The notes beneath the pieces were generated by a model, which saw only the letters and a list, made by a program, of their open reading frames with translations, did no database searches and was not told where the DNA came from. A DNA stretch of 64,000 bases, from positions 23,329,433 to 23,393,432 of the forward strand of contig NC_068992.1 of the NCBI RefSeq assembly GCF_001194135.2, written 5' to 3'. Positions 1 through 12,866 of the stretch are shown one piece after another. The position numbers and the translations under genes are program-made. This DNA comes from Octopus bimaculoides. Taxonomy: Eukaryota. Within the stretch, counting starts at the first letter, position 1; each line of letters opens with the position of its first letter.

Positions 1-41
1 TAATGAAAAAAAAAAAAAAAAAAAAAAAAAANNNNNNNNNN

Positions 42-245
42 ATTTTAAAGCAAACATAATTTTCTTATGGTTTCTTAAACATTCACTTGAACAAAACTGT
101 ACAAATCCAAATATATGGTACCCTAGGCATAACACCTACATGAACTTCTAACTTGTTGTCTCTTGAGGTCTCTGGGTGAGACTTGGATCCAACTTGTACA
201 AATGCAAAACAAAAGTCAAACATAAAATAATAATAATAATAATAA
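42..245 (+). mobile_element. Probable 3' UTR of an R4/Dong-like non-LTR retrotransposon ending in a (TAA)n tail
   Basis: Non-coding segment running into a (TAA)n/(CAA)n tract at ~225-300, next to an RLE remnant. The family call rests on recall plus the tail, so it is weak. Confidence 0.35.
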
Positions 246-324
246 CAACAACAACAATGTCAACAACAAAAACAATAATAAAACAATAATAAAATAATAC
301 GCCTTCATTTACGGTATCCCGCAC

Positions 325-685
325 CCTAAGAACTGATATGAACACCATCCAGAGCCAGTCACTGAGGGAGGGAATGTTTCTAGCCCAGGGGATTAAAGAA
401 TACATACAGACAGGCAAATAAATTCTAAGAGACCATCGTCATCAACGACGTAAAACAAATAAAAATGTGCCTTTTAATTGACCTGCGAGTAGCTACTGAT
501 AGAAAAAGCTGAGTAAACAGCTCAGTAAATGTGTTTGAGATGGAGATATCGAGGACATGGCAATTAAAAACCACAACCAACTCTGTTGTTGTAGGTGCCA
601 ATGGGATGACCAACAAAGGTACTTACAAACTTTTTGACCAGATCCTTGGGAAACCAATAATCTGTGCAACTCAAAAAATTGTATT
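325..685 (+). mobile_element. Decayed RLE endonuclease domain of an R4/Dong-like non-LTR retrotransposon
   Basis: Manual translation across stops and a frameshift gives N*YEHHPEPVTEGGNVS...IVINDVKQIKMCLLIDLRVATD...FEMEISRTWQLKTTTNSVVVGANGMTNKGT...QILGKPIICATQKIVL. This fits the R4-clade C-terminus (W-Y-E-H-x-P, RPDIVI, LID, IPVVVGALG, QKIVL). Confidence 0.8.
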
Positions 686-975
686 GAAGTGTTGAACAAA
701 ATGACAGGAGAATTTGATCATATTTACACAAAACTGTTTGATCCTTCTTTTTGTTTTCCTTTTTATTTTTTCATGTTTCCTCTTTTTTTCTTTTTTTTTC
801 ACCCGTTATACGCTTAAAAATCGAAGACTGACGATGTCTGTCAAGGTGGGAACGCAGGTTGCTCTCGTTCAAATTATTGAATTTGAATTTCTTTGATTTT
901 GAATTTCAATATATCACTTTTCATTTTAAACTCGACAAAAACAGGCAAGCTGCCGAGATATTGTTCAAACCAAAA

Positions 976-1192
976 TGCGGGGAGCTGGCAGAAACGTTAG
1001 CACGCCGGGTAAAATGCTCAGTGGTATTTCGTAGGTCTTCACATTTTGAGTTCAAATTCCTCCGAGGTCGACTTTGCCTTTCATTCTTTCGGGGTCGATA
1101 AATTAAGTACCAGTTGCTTAGTTGGGTCGATATAATTGACCGGCCCCCACTCCTTCAAAATTTCGGGCCTTGTGCCTAGAGTAGAAAAGAAT
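976..1192 (+). mobile_element. tRNA-derived SINE, family B (tail type A)
   Basis: Head GGGGAGCTGGCAGAAACGTTAGCACGCCGGG, B-box-like GAGTTCAAATTCC and core ACTTTGCCTTTCATTCTTTCGGGGTCGATAAATTAAGTACCAG. Homologous to minus-strand copies at 19555, 26290, 53316 and 53503. Confidence 0.85.
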
Positions 1193-1272
1193 TTTCTTCA
1201 AACCAATAAAATACGTATTGCAATCGTATTGTTTATTTACATTTCTGAGGAGTTACATCAGCCCTTTAAAAA

Positions 1273-1287
1273 TATTATTGTTATTAC

Positions 1288-1362
<75 letters not shown>
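1273..1362. repeat. (ATT)n microsatellite
   Basis: Directly visible; it explains the poly-I, poly-L and poly-N ORFs. Confidence 0.97.
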
Positions 1363-1928
1363 CATCTCGTGGATGTAGTGGTAGCGTTGGTTGTAGAAGG
1401 TTTAGTAGCCGCAACAATATCTTCACCAAAATTGCTGATATCACCAGCAATATTATCTTTATATCACTCCCTGATTGCATGACTGTAGATTATGTGTCTC
1501 ATATGCTAAATTTGTAGGATTCTAAAAAGAAAATAAGGCAAATTGGTTAACCTCACAAATAGAACATTTTGCAGTTATATAGTAACTAGAAAACCAGTCC
1601 AATAAGTAAACTAGACAAAACAATATGCTTAATTGGCGGCTATCTAATCAGCAATTCCATTAGAGCTATATTTACATGCAGAGAGATACAATTGGATTAA
1701 ATGTAATCTCTATGGCTTACTTTAGTTTGATATCTACTGGATCACAATTGTACTTCTGTGCAATGTAGACGAAAAAGAAAAAATATATATATATCCATAT
1801 GGTTCTCGCGTTAGATTTATTTTACGGTAACATATACTGCAATACGTTCTGTGTATTTTTTGTCTCGATATGTAACCGCGTGTGTAATACTCTCCTTCAC
1901 TCCCTTTCTTACTCGCTTTTTGTACAAG

Positions 1929-1991
1929 TATGTATGTATGTATGTATGTATGTATGTATGTATGTATGTATATATATATATATATATATAT
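1929..1991. repeat. (TATG)n(TA)n compound microsatellite
   Basis: Directly visible. Confidence 0.95.
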
Positions 1992-2581
1992 ACGTGTATG
2001 TATTTATATACATATATGCACACTCATACGCGCTCACTCACGAACATGCACTTCATTTCTCTCTCACTCTATTTGTCAATGTATCTATCAATCCATATGT
2101 CTATTTATTTATTTATCTACATGTATGTTTGTATGCGTATATATGTGTGCGTGCGCATGCATGCATTTATGTATGTAAATATATTGTATGTGACTCATAG
2201 TCTGACAATCCTTAAGTCAGAAAAAATAGGCACGCATATATTTGTGACTAAAATGAGTATACAATTGAAACTATACAACATTATATATCGTATGGTAGTA
2301 ATTTCCGACCATACGAGTAATTTTCGCACCGGATATTAAATAAGTAGGTGGTTATCTTATACACATTTCGAGTTTAACATTTTCTCATCACCTTCCTGAG
2401 ACAATCATCGATCATTTTATAAAACGTGGAAGTTGGTCAGATATTCTAAAGCAAACTGAACTGAAGTTAGAACCAGCTAAGACAGTGTTAGAAACAGCAT
2501 TTGAATGTGTGGACTAGATGTACACTTCTTATATCTCAACTGAAAATTCTCTGATTATGCTTACGTCCATTAACAATGTGA

Positions 2582-2739
2582 GAGAGTGGCTGTGTTGTAA
2601 GTAGCTTGCTTACCAACCACATGTTTCTGGGTTCAGTCACACTGTGTGGCACCTTGGGCTAGTGACTTCTACTATAGCCTCGGGCCGACCAAAGCCTTGT
2701 GAGTGGATTTAGTAGACAGAAACTGAAAGAAGCCCGCCG

Positions 2740-2776
<37 letters not shown>

Positions 2777-2995
2777 ATGTATGTGTGTTTGTGTGTCTGT
2801 GTTTGCCCCCCCCCCGCCATCGCTTGACAACCGATGCTGGTGTGTTTGCGTCCCCGTAACTGAGTGGTTCGGGAAAATAGACCAATAGCGTAAGTACTAG
2901 GCTTCCAAGGAATAAGTCCTGGGGTCAGTTTCCTCGACTAAAGGCGGTGCTCCAGCATGGCCGCAGTCAAATGACTGAAACAAGTAAAAGACTAA
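2582..2995 (+). mobile_element. Full-length tRNA-derived SINE, family A (CORE-like)
   Basis: Head GAGTGGCTGTGTTGTAAGTAGCTTG...GGGTTCAGTC, CORE-like GGCACCTTGGGC(A/T)AGTG, internal (TA)n/(TG)n and 3' end GGCCGCAGTCAAATGACTGAAACAAGTAAAAGA. At least 8 homologous pieces occur in the window. Confidence 0.88.
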
Positions 2996-3132
2996 AGACA
3001 GTCAGAGTATACCCAAATTTGAAACGTACCATCTCTGTGAATATAAGCAAACTATTCCTAAAAATTTCTTTTAAATATTTCTCATGTAGTACTTTAAGAA
3101 TGGAAAAGATATATTTATTATATTATAGATTT

Positions 3133-3636
3133 TAGAGCAATGATTACTTGCCAACATAATGTGGCAGCTCTGGTAAGAAGGATTGTTACAGTCACTTAGC
3201 CCCAGGAAACATCGTCTCTAACTGGCTATACGACACACTATCTGTGTCCTTATAGTTTCGAACAAGGGAGTTTATCGTCCCCACTCAAACCAAAGCAATA
3301 TCTGCGTACCAGTGGTTTTCTGGTTTATTTTACTTCATCAGCACAGAATAACTGCTTGGTTAGAGATGGCGCCGCTAAATTCTTGTTCGAAATATATACT
3401 TTTCAGAGTGACACACAGCCGTGCAATTTATTTTGTGCTGATGGAAATAACCCAGAAACCGTTGGTACGCAGATATTGCTTAGGGCTGAGCGAGAACACT
3501 AAATTCCCTTGTTCGAAAATATAAGGATGCAGATAGTGTATTGTATAGCCAGCTGGGGGACGATGTTTGCTAGGGCTAAATAACAGTCGTCCTAATCAGG
3601 ACTGCCTCATTATGTTGGGAAATAATCTTAACTCTA
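3133..3636. mobile_element. Fold-back (palindromic) MITE with ~215-bp arms
   Basis: 3133-3351 is the approximate reverse complement of 3428-3636 (e.g. AAGCAATATCTGCGTACCA/TGGTACGCAGATATTGCTT, TTTCGAACAAGGGA/TCCCTTGTTCGAAA), with a ~76-nt spacer. Confidence 0.8.
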
Positions 3637-4256
3637 GAGTACTGTTTCTAAACGCGTTTCGTTCAGAGATTTAGAAATAATATGTTTCTATCTATTATAG
3701 AGTTTCATCGCTTTTATTTAGCTACGTATTTTCACAAAGAAAAAGACTTACCACTAAAATAATATTGGAAACGCCAAATATTTCAAATACATTTCCAAAA
3801 CTGTAATGGACTGTGTTCCAACATGTATTCTGCCGGCGAATACTCTTGAATTTTCTTGTAAACAGAATTTTATAGATATGACTAAGCTGTAGATTTTATG
3901 CACCATTATGTAGGCAGAAATGGTAGGATTTGAGGAAGTAGTTATAAAATAATTTCTAATCCAGTTGGTCACCATTGGAAGTTAACTGATATAATCTAAA
4001 ATCTCAGCAGTTTAGAAGCAAATTTAAATATCAATGAATCTACAAACTATAAAGCGTTGAATGTGAGGTCTTACCTACCGGAAAGAACAAGTCGTAAATC
4101 ATACATAAATGAGACAATAGCAGTTCAAAGTTTACACTTATAAATTTGAACGGAATTAAGGAATTTTTGTTTAAGCTACGAAACACTAGAAAAGTATAGC
4201 AAGGAAGAAGAATATCAAGATGTATTCCATACCATGTGTGTGTGTGTGTATGTGTA

Positions 4257-4298
<42 letters not shown>

Positions 4299-5079
4299 AG
4301 TGTGTTTGAGTGTGTTTGAGTGTGTATGTGTGTCTACTGGTAAAATCTTGTTGAATGACAGTTATTGTATTGCCATATGTGATGCACTTAGCAATGATAC
4401 ATACGGATATTACGTGTGATCAGCATATTCCACATTCAATCATCTCTAGAGCATACATACATAAAGATATCATCATATGCAGTAGATAAAACCCGGAAAT
4501 AGGAAAACCGTTTATCCATATTAATTCGTACTATTTCTCGAGGCATGTAGGGCAAAATAGAATCTAAAGATTTACACATATAAAGTGATACTGGTAAAAT
4601 GTTTCTATTTTCTTTATTAATTCAATTTCAGTTCATGATCTGTATATCATAAATATGAATATATGACTACATGACTGTAAGTGCATAAATAGACACACAT
4701 ACACAGAGAAACACATGTACACACCGGGTATATATATATAAATTTAGATTCAAAGTGAATATCGTACTTAAGTTTAGGCATCAGAATTTAGTATGGTATT
4801 ATCCAAGCAATTCCAAAAAATAAGGTGGTCAAAAATCAAAATAAGCAACAAGAATATTCAAGGTTACTGCAGTATGATCGTTTCATGCGACTCCATTTAT
4901 TTAAGCAATGCGAGCATTACATTAAATGTAAAATGCAGAGCAATCTTCAGGTGCACAAAAATACAGAAATGTTATTGAAATTTCATTTCAGTAGAAGGAT
5001 AAATTACTGTTGTAACTACATTTAAACAATACAAGTGGGAAGGAAGAATATTAAAAAAAAATATTTAGATTTAGCCAAA

Positions 5080-5400
5080 TCAAACAGGCTAGTATCTGTT
5101 TCGGAGCCTACCTCTTTATGGCATCAATGCGCACCGGCCCCACTCACTAATATCAGGTCCCGCTTGCTAGATCAACTGGTCATCAAATAAAGCTCAATAT
5201 TTCTCTAGCCATCGCTCATCGTCTTTTTTTTAACCAAATCCAGTGGCTAGCCTTTTCCACTGTAGTTTGGTATTTACCTTACGATGAGTTAGGCCTAACG
5301 TTAACAGCAGTCGTCTCACACTGTGTCCAACAAACCATCTACATCCAACTTCGATTGGAAAATGCTCCACTTCTCAGCCTAGGCCTTCACATTCCTCGGG
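5080..5400 (-). mobile_element. 3' end of a HERO-like RLE non-LTR retrotransposon
   Basis: Minus-strand translation ECEGLG*EVEHFPIEVGCRWFVGHSVRRLLLTLGLT, then after a frameshift VEKASHWIWLKK. This matches the FP(I/V)EVGCRGF...AEKASxWxWLKR C-terminus of HERO-type RLE ORFs, followed by a 3' UTR. Confidence 0.75.
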
Positions 5401-5468
5401 AAGGTTTACATAACGTTCAATCTTTCGAGCCCGATTCATGAGGAATCGTTAACTCGACTAGATTCACG

Positions 5469-5526
<58 letters not shown>

Positions 5527-6069
5527 TCTCTTTCTCTCTCTCTCTTTCTCTCTCTCTNNNNNNNNNNNNNNNNNNNNNNNNNNNNNNNNNNNNNNNNNNN
5601 NNNNNNNNNNNNNNNNNNNNNNNNNNNNNNNTATATATATATATATATATATATATAAATTTATATATGAGTATCAAAGATATACATATGTCAATTCATT
5701 ACGGCCGTTTCAAGCGGATACATTTAATTGAATAAGGAAAAGATTACATCAATTTGAAAGATCCCGTACGCGTCAGATGACCGCATAAACTTCAAACATA
5801 AAGGCTAAACCATTTCTTTTAACAAAATTGCATCAGTAATGGGAACCATAATATGTACATTGTTTCCTTTTGTTATATATGCGGAGGAATCTGCAATACT
5901 TGAAACGCCCATCACTCCACAAAATGTAACCATTCACATATACACAGACAAGCCGACATAATTTTAAGCTTGTACTCACATACGTTCATACCCATTCACC
6001 CCATTCGCACATACAGGCACACACACATACACATACCCTTATCACATACACACACGCGCATGCGTACTC

Positions 6070-6340
6070 TAGTTCGACTGGGTCACCGTTATTATAACTC
6101 TTTCACTCAGCCTCTTTCTTCTGGACCTTTCGTCATGTTGAACCGTTAATCCGTACACATTTGCCGTCTCTCCTTTTCGTATAGTTCCCTCTTCGTTTTT
6201 TCCCCTCTTAATCTTTTCTCTTGAAGAGCATAGGCTCGAAACGTCAAAGACTTTTCCATTCTTCCTGAGTGTGAAACTAACACACCTACTTGCAGTTCCT
6301 TCTCCTGCCTTCGTCTTTTGTTTTCTGTAAATTTGAACAA
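6070..6340 (+). mobile_element. Penelope-like terminal repeat fragment with a degenerate hammerhead-like motif
   Basis: Pyrimidine-rich segment containing TTGAAGAGC-ATAG-GCTC-GAAAC-GTC at 6221-6245, resembling Penelope terminal motifs. Confidence 0.45.
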
Positions 6341-6411
6341 CATATAAACATATATTTAAACATACATATACATATATCTTTGTGTGTATGCGTGGGCGTA
6401 TGCATATATGT

Positions 6412-6456
<45 letters not shown>

Positions 6457-6524
6457 NNNNNNNNNNNNNNNNNNNNNNNNNNNNNNNNNNNNNNNNNNNN
6501 NNNNNNNNNNNNNNNNNNNNNNNN

Positions 6525-6581
<57 letters not shown>

Positions 6582-7599
6582 GAAAGAGCGATAGAGAAAG
6601 GGAGAGCAATAGAGAGCGAAAAAGAGAGAGATATGAATACATGTGTGTATGAAATATGCTGTTATAGCAATGAAATATTAACAAGGGTCATCTTTTTTTA
6701 AGACAATAAAAGTGTCGAGCTTCAGACGAATGCAATTTAATGAGGAAATCTAAAGTATGTAAACCTATAGTTAATACCATTGCAATAACTATTCTGTTAC
6801 ACATCTCCAATTTGATATCTCCATGGCCAGCCGCACCTTTAATGCGTTGCCTGTAGTTAGTTGTATTGTTATTGTGTTAATGGATGTCACATACTTTTGT
6901 CTATTGGTTATACAATGAAATTGCAATTACTGTCGATTTAGAGGCTGCACTCTGCATTGATATGACGATATCAGTAATTTTCTGTAATCTTACACAACAT
7001 TAATCGCGAGAGTGTGTATGTTCCAACGCATGCAATTATGTGTACATTCGTGCCTGGAAATAAGTATACATCTGTATGTAATAATTCCTGAGTGATCTGT
7101 ATGTGGTTCACTTAGATGCAAATGTGCTGAGACAGTTTTTTAGGAGATGCATCAAAAATGTTTAGTTAAATACAAAGTTAATATTCGGAAGATATCAAAT
7201 AAACTCTGAATTTCCGCCAGAAATTTTCAATGAAAATCAAAGCATCTCTTCTATCTCTCTTTGTTCTTTTATCTCTCAGACAATCATCTGCATTAACACT
7301 GAAAACGGTATAATCATCGTAGACCGATAACCGTAAAACAGTAAAAAAAAAGGGGGAAAGAGAATGAATTGATCGAAGCTAAAATTGTTAAAACGCGGAC
7401 GTTAAGTAGCATATTTACAACATCATTTGATATGTAACGATAATAGAGACGGAGTAGTTTACTTCTCCAGATTCCATTACTGCTATTTGTTTACTGTTTT
7501 ATTGCTTAACGAACTAACAAATCACTTTCGTTCCTTCCAGATTGGATGCAACGCGTACCATTTAAATAAAGGGTCAATGAAATAGAGTAAGCTTAAACC

Positions 7600-9830
7600 C
7601 AGATCTAAGATGGTGGGTCCTCGTGCTTGTAAGGCTTTTCGTATTATGCTTCTAATTCCAAAAAAATTGTTGCCTTGTGTGGTTGGGAACGCACAATGAG
7701 TTCTGTAGCGAAATCAATGAAAAGGGCTATAGGCAGTAGGAAGATGTGATAAGCAGAGGTAGGATGTCCCTCTAAATTAACTTTCTAGGAATGAGACTAA
7801 CACGTAATAATAGAGTCCTGGGTATGTTGTATAATAAACTACAGAACGAGGACTGTTGGATCCTATCTGATCCATTTGTGATCTAAGATTAAACTACAGA
7901 TGCGGCAAAAAAGAAAGGATTGTCCTTGGAGGAAATATGAAGGTTCTATTTGAGTGCCGCCCATATTTAAGGGGAATGCTAAGCGACGATCTTTCCTTCA
8001 TAAAGATAGGGCTTCAATGTTGTTTGATGTGCAAGAAACAAAATTGACACGGTTCCACTGAGAGTGCCCTCATGGTCCCTGCATGCGGTATCGACGCGTT
8101 TTTGGTATGCGGTTTCAAAGCTACTAGCAGATGATGGATTGTGAGATAAATTTAGAGAATTATACAAAATCGTGCCGTTTGCATAAACTCGGGAGCTGTT
8201 GCTTGCGATGGTGGCTAATTCATTAATGTAAGGGAAGGAATATAGTGGGAACAACACCTAAAGCTGAACAACAGGTTTAAATGATAATGACGCTGAAAAA
8301 TATATGAGACATTTGAAAACTAAAGGTGGATTGATTTGATTGGAGATTTGCTAGTCAGGTTCTGTTGCAATATCACGTGGGCAACAGCATTTCTTGAGTG
8401 ACAGAAGTGTATCACTAGTGGATCTAGCTCAACGGAAGATTTGCTGGTGTCAATTCAAACAGATATTGAAAGTGTTAGAAAACGATGTTGTTGATGTTGG
8501 TTTACATTACGTTAGAGCTGTCAGAGTTGATGGCTTTTCGCCAATTGTTGTTTGGGTCGGTGTGGATGAAATTCCTTTAAATGGGGCATAATGCGTGTGT
8601 AACTTCGTAGAAAATAGAAATATCACAACAAGTTCTGGGACGCAGCGTTTGAGTGTAATAGAAGGAATATTATCACGTCCAGTGTTCTCGATTACTTGTA
8701 ACAGCTAGAAATGTTTTCAAATTTGGTGTAGATGTATGTGATGTGAGGAACATGATGGTATTGAGTAGATTAGATTGAAGCAAATTGGACAAAGCTGTGT
8801 AGTATGAAGTTGAGTGAAAAGTAGAGAGCAAAGACAGAAGCTTTTTCCAGAGGTACATCGCTAGCAAAGTAATCATCTCTTAGACGGATCAAATGATGCC
8901 ATAAAAGTGTTGGACATCCTTTTAGTAAAGGACAAATGGAACGACTGCAATCTGGCAGATGAGATTTCTCAAGGGCAGTTTGATAAAATAAAAACTGCAG
9001 TTCTTGCGCACAGCATAGTGATCTTACAAAATTTGAGTTGCTGGATGGAAAACGACCCAGGTGTTAGAAGTGAGTGAGATTTTCCATTGAACACCATCTT
9101 TTCGTCTCCTACTGAGAATAGTTGCTGCAAAACTACATGAAAACCACATGTGAATCTTCGGTTATTGTGTGTAGAATGCGAAAGGACACGTCGAAAATGA
9201 TGGTTTTGGTTACCCCAGAAGCCAGCTTTTCATACTGATTCCTAGCAACAGACATTCTGTCATGGACAAGTGACGTAAAACTGATGGAGCTCCGACTTCT
9301 CGGATGACTTGAAGTGCGATAGGTTCCATTGAGAAGAGTAATGATTTGTATGTGATTAAGTGTTAAGCAATCACACTGATACACTGGCCAGATGACTTTT
9401 TTAAAGTAACAGTGTTTGGAGAGTCTTTGTTCCGCTTCGGAACCTGAAACACAGATGAAACTTTTGTTTCCAAAGCTGATAAATAAAAGTATTTGGCTGC
9501 TGCACTGGCTAAATGAATATGGGTTGAGTGGTGAGGGCCATCAGTATTAAAGTGGATCGGAATATACTGAAGAGGATTTCTTCAGATAACCGAGTGGTTA
9601 AATACGATTTCTAAATCTAGAGGCAGCGTACTCAACAAGATACTGCTTATTTTAGGAGTTCGGAGACTGACAGAAGGATCAAACACATTTGAGGATATAA
9701 GAGGTAGAGACTGATTTAAAACCAGAGAAGCTTAGAGAAATGAAGTTTACAGAGGCGGACACGGTTTTGTAGGGGTTGTTTTCAGAAATGTGTTTATTGA
9801 GTTCATTCTAGACAGTGGAAAATGGTTGTA
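7600..9830 (-). mobile_element. Decayed CR1/L2/Jockey-type LINE (ORF2 remnant)
   Basis: Minus-strand motifs EKASVFALYFS (~8810-8850), GRDNIPSITLKRCVPELV (~8625-8680; cf. GPDxIPxxxLKxCAPEL), QQIFR*ARSTSDTL (cf. QYGFRxxRSTxD) and YINELATIASNSSRVYANGTILY (cf. YINDL...YADD). Many stops and frameshifts. Confidence 0.75.
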
Positions 9831-11366
9831 GATAGAAATTGAGGTTGTGTGTGTGTGTATTTATACGCATCGAAACAAATGGACAATCAGCCCATACAAG
9901 TTTTGAGAAAATTACTACAGAATGTTTTCCCTAAGAAATACATTATAGTTATACAATTGTTTAATTTTATTAATATTACATTTTCCTTTCACGTTCAGAA
10001 ACAAACAAACAAAAAATAAATATTTTATATAAATCAAAGTAAAAATACAATGAAATATTAAGACGGTATCTTCTGTTTTAAATAGAATATTTGCCAGAAA
10101 TATACGTTTTACTTGGCATAAAATATTGACGTTCAATGACATTTGTGCAAGTTTGTTGCTATTTATGTTTTATAGCCACAAGTTTAATAGTATTTTCTGT
10201 TGTTGTTTGTATTGATTTTGATTAAGAAATCTAAAATGGATTTTTTTTTGTGGAAATAATGTTTACTGCTCTTTATAATAGCTTAATGTCAGATAATTTC
10301 AGTTGAATTCTTCATTAAAAGATGTGGTTACAAATATATTTCCTGACATCTGATGTTTCTGTCACGAAAGTAAGTTACCACAATATTTATGTGATTTATT
10401 TGGCAGACTACTAAATGAGATATGTGCTTGCAAAATAATTTTATTGATAGTGAATTTGTTGCTAAAAAGACGTAGATTCCTCAAATACACAAAACTGGCA
10501 GTATTATAATTGTTAACCTCATTTTACAATATGTTAAACAATGTTTTTAGGAATATTATGCTTGATTTCATTATAATTTATATATGTGGCTTTTAAGAAT
10601 TTATCATACAAAATCTATATTGGTAAAAAAAGGAAAATAACGAAACGCTCAAACAGTCACAAGCATAAGTTAAAATTTGATTATTTATATTAGACTTTTC
10701 ATGTTTATCGAATTCATGTCATAGAACATAAATGACGAGTGACATAATGGGTTCGTTAGCTGAAAATCGTATGTCTCTCCTGGAATGATGTTAGAATCTT
10801 GAATCCAGGAAAAAAACATTTTTATAAGAAAAACATGCCTGATTTAAAATTTTGAATATAAAAGAAAATATTGTTGCATCCGGAACATATGGCGTATTGG
10901 GTCAGCTTCCAGCTTTGCAACAATGCTAGGTGTCATACACCTAGCTGTAGGCTTCATTGTATTTATATTGAGATCTTAGCACTCAATAAAGTTATAAATT
11001 ATATCAGAAATGTCATAATAATTGACGTGAAGCACTTTAACAAGTCAGCCCACACACTGGACATTAATTACAAATGATGTAGTAGATAAGGATTTCTACA
11101 ATGATTTAGATTTTGTCGTAGCAAATGTATGACAGCACTATTGAATGAAAGTTGATTTCAAGATATTTCATTTCTGAATGCTTTCGGATCTATAAAATAG
11201 TGATATAAATATAAGTATCAGAACAACGAATTTCTTTCTACTAAATGAATTGTGGATCAACATAGTGTTAGTGTACTTGAAATAGTAACTGTGAATTGAA
11301 CTAGGTTCATGGGTATCGGACCTGAATTACGCTGATTCAATAGCATAAATTTAAAGTAATGCACCA

Positions 11367-11442
11367 TTGTATTCTTAAGATATTGTCACCAACAGAGATA
11401 TTTGTATTCTTAAGATATTGTCATCAACAGAGATATTTGTAT
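11367..11442. repeat. 35-bp tandem duplication (~2.2 copies)
   Basis: TTGTATTCTTAAGATATTGTCA(C/T)CAACAGAGATAT at 11367 and 11402. Confidence 0.9.
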
Positions 11443-11455
11443 GTAAGTGTACATG

Positions 11456-11501
<46 letters not shown>

Positions 11502-12458
11502 NNNNNNNNNNNNNNNNNNNNNNNNNNNNNNNNNNNNNNNNNNNNNNNNNNNNNNNNNNNNNNNNNNNNNNNNNNNNNNNNNNNNNNNNNNNNNNNNNNN
11601 NNNNNNNNNNNNNNNNNNNNNNNNNNNNNNNNNNNNNNNNNNNNNNNNNNNNNNNNNNNNNNNNNNNNNNNNNNNNNNNNNNNNNNNNNNNNNNNNNNNN
11701 NNNNNNNNNNNNNNNNNNNNNNNNNNNNNNNNNNNNNNNNNNNNNNNNNNNNNNNNNNNNNNNNNNNNNNNNNNNNNNNNNNNNNNNNNNNNNNNNNNNN
11801 NNNNNNNNNNNNNNNNNNNNNNNNNNNNNNNNNNNNNNNNNNNNNNNNNNNNNNNNNNNNNNNNNNNNNNNNNNNNNNNNNNNNNNNNNNNNNNNNNNNN
11901 NNNNNNNNNNNNNNNNNNNNNNNNNNNNNNNNNNNNNNNNNNNNNNNNNNNNNNNNNNNNNNNNNNNNNNNNNNNNNNNNNNNNNNNNNNNNNNNNNNNN
12001 NNNNNNNNNNNNNNNNNNNNNNNNNNNNNNNNNNNNNNNNNNNNNNNNNNNNNNNNNNNNNNNNNNNNNNNNNNNNNNNNNNNNNNNNNNNNNNNNNNNN
12101 NNNNNNNNNNNNNNNNNNNNNNNNNNNNNNNNNNNNNNNNNNNNNNNNNNNNNNNNNNNNNNNNNNNNNNNNNNNNNNNNNNNNNNNNNNNNNNNNNNNN
12201 NNNNNNNNNNNNNNNNNNNNNNNNNNNNNNNNNNNNNNNNNNNNNNNNNNNNNNNNNNNNNNNNNNNNNNNNNNNNNNNNNNNNNNNNNNNNNNNNNNNN
12301 NNNNNNNNNNNNNNNNNNNNNNNNNNNNNNNNNNNNNNNNNNNNNNNNNNNNNNNNNNNNNNNNNNNNNNNNNNNNNNNNNNNNNNNNNNNNNNNNNNNN
12401 NNNNNNNNNNNNNNNNNNNNNNNNNNNNNNNNNNNNNNNNNNNNNNNNNNNNNNNNNN
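11502..12458. other. Assembly gap (N-run)
   Basis: 957 N flanked on the left by (TA)n. Other gaps: 32-41, 5558-5631, 6457-6524, 30365-30374, 32056-32261, 35826-35978, 38092-38360, 47846-48743, 49827-50152, 57431-58269, 58724-59310. Confidence 0.99.
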
Positions 12459-12719
12459 AAATTTATCAGAATATTTGGGCTGAAGATTGGAATAGTGAAA
12501 TTTTCATTCACTTAACCATGAAACGATTCGTACCCAATTAACTAAGGGCTTGTTTTGTTTGTGCTTTTCCCTCCGGTTTTTTGTTCTATGTGTGCCATAA
12601 ATATCGCCATCCGTTTTAGAGAAAAATTTGTAGTTTGGAATCAGTAGTTCTTTGACTGCTATTTCTAAATTTTCAGTATGTTGGAGAAGCAACTCAATTG
12701 CTAATCTCTTATATTTATG

Positions 12720-12758
<39 letters not shown>

Positions 12759-12866
12759 AGCGAGAGCGTTTGAAGTCGTGTACATATATTGTATATTGAG
12801 AAAAAGGAGGCAGTCAAAATTTTGGATAATTCTTTATTAACGCGTTCGTTCGTTTATAAAACTCGT

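Noticed and set aside
1136-2339. Poly-I/L/N, YI-, CV-, HT-, ER- and SL-repeat ORFs here and throughout the window
   Set aside because: They are translations of di-, tri- and tetranucleotide microsatellites with no coding signal.
10778-10810. C/D-box snoRNA-like hairpin TCCTGGA-ATGATG...TGA-TCCAGGA
   Set aside because: Far too short, and both boxes are imperfect.
11359-12541. Long ORFs spanning N-runs (also at ~47700-48980, 49750-50390, 57140-58400 and 58440-59400)
   Set aside because: They are X-filled artefacts of assembly gaps.
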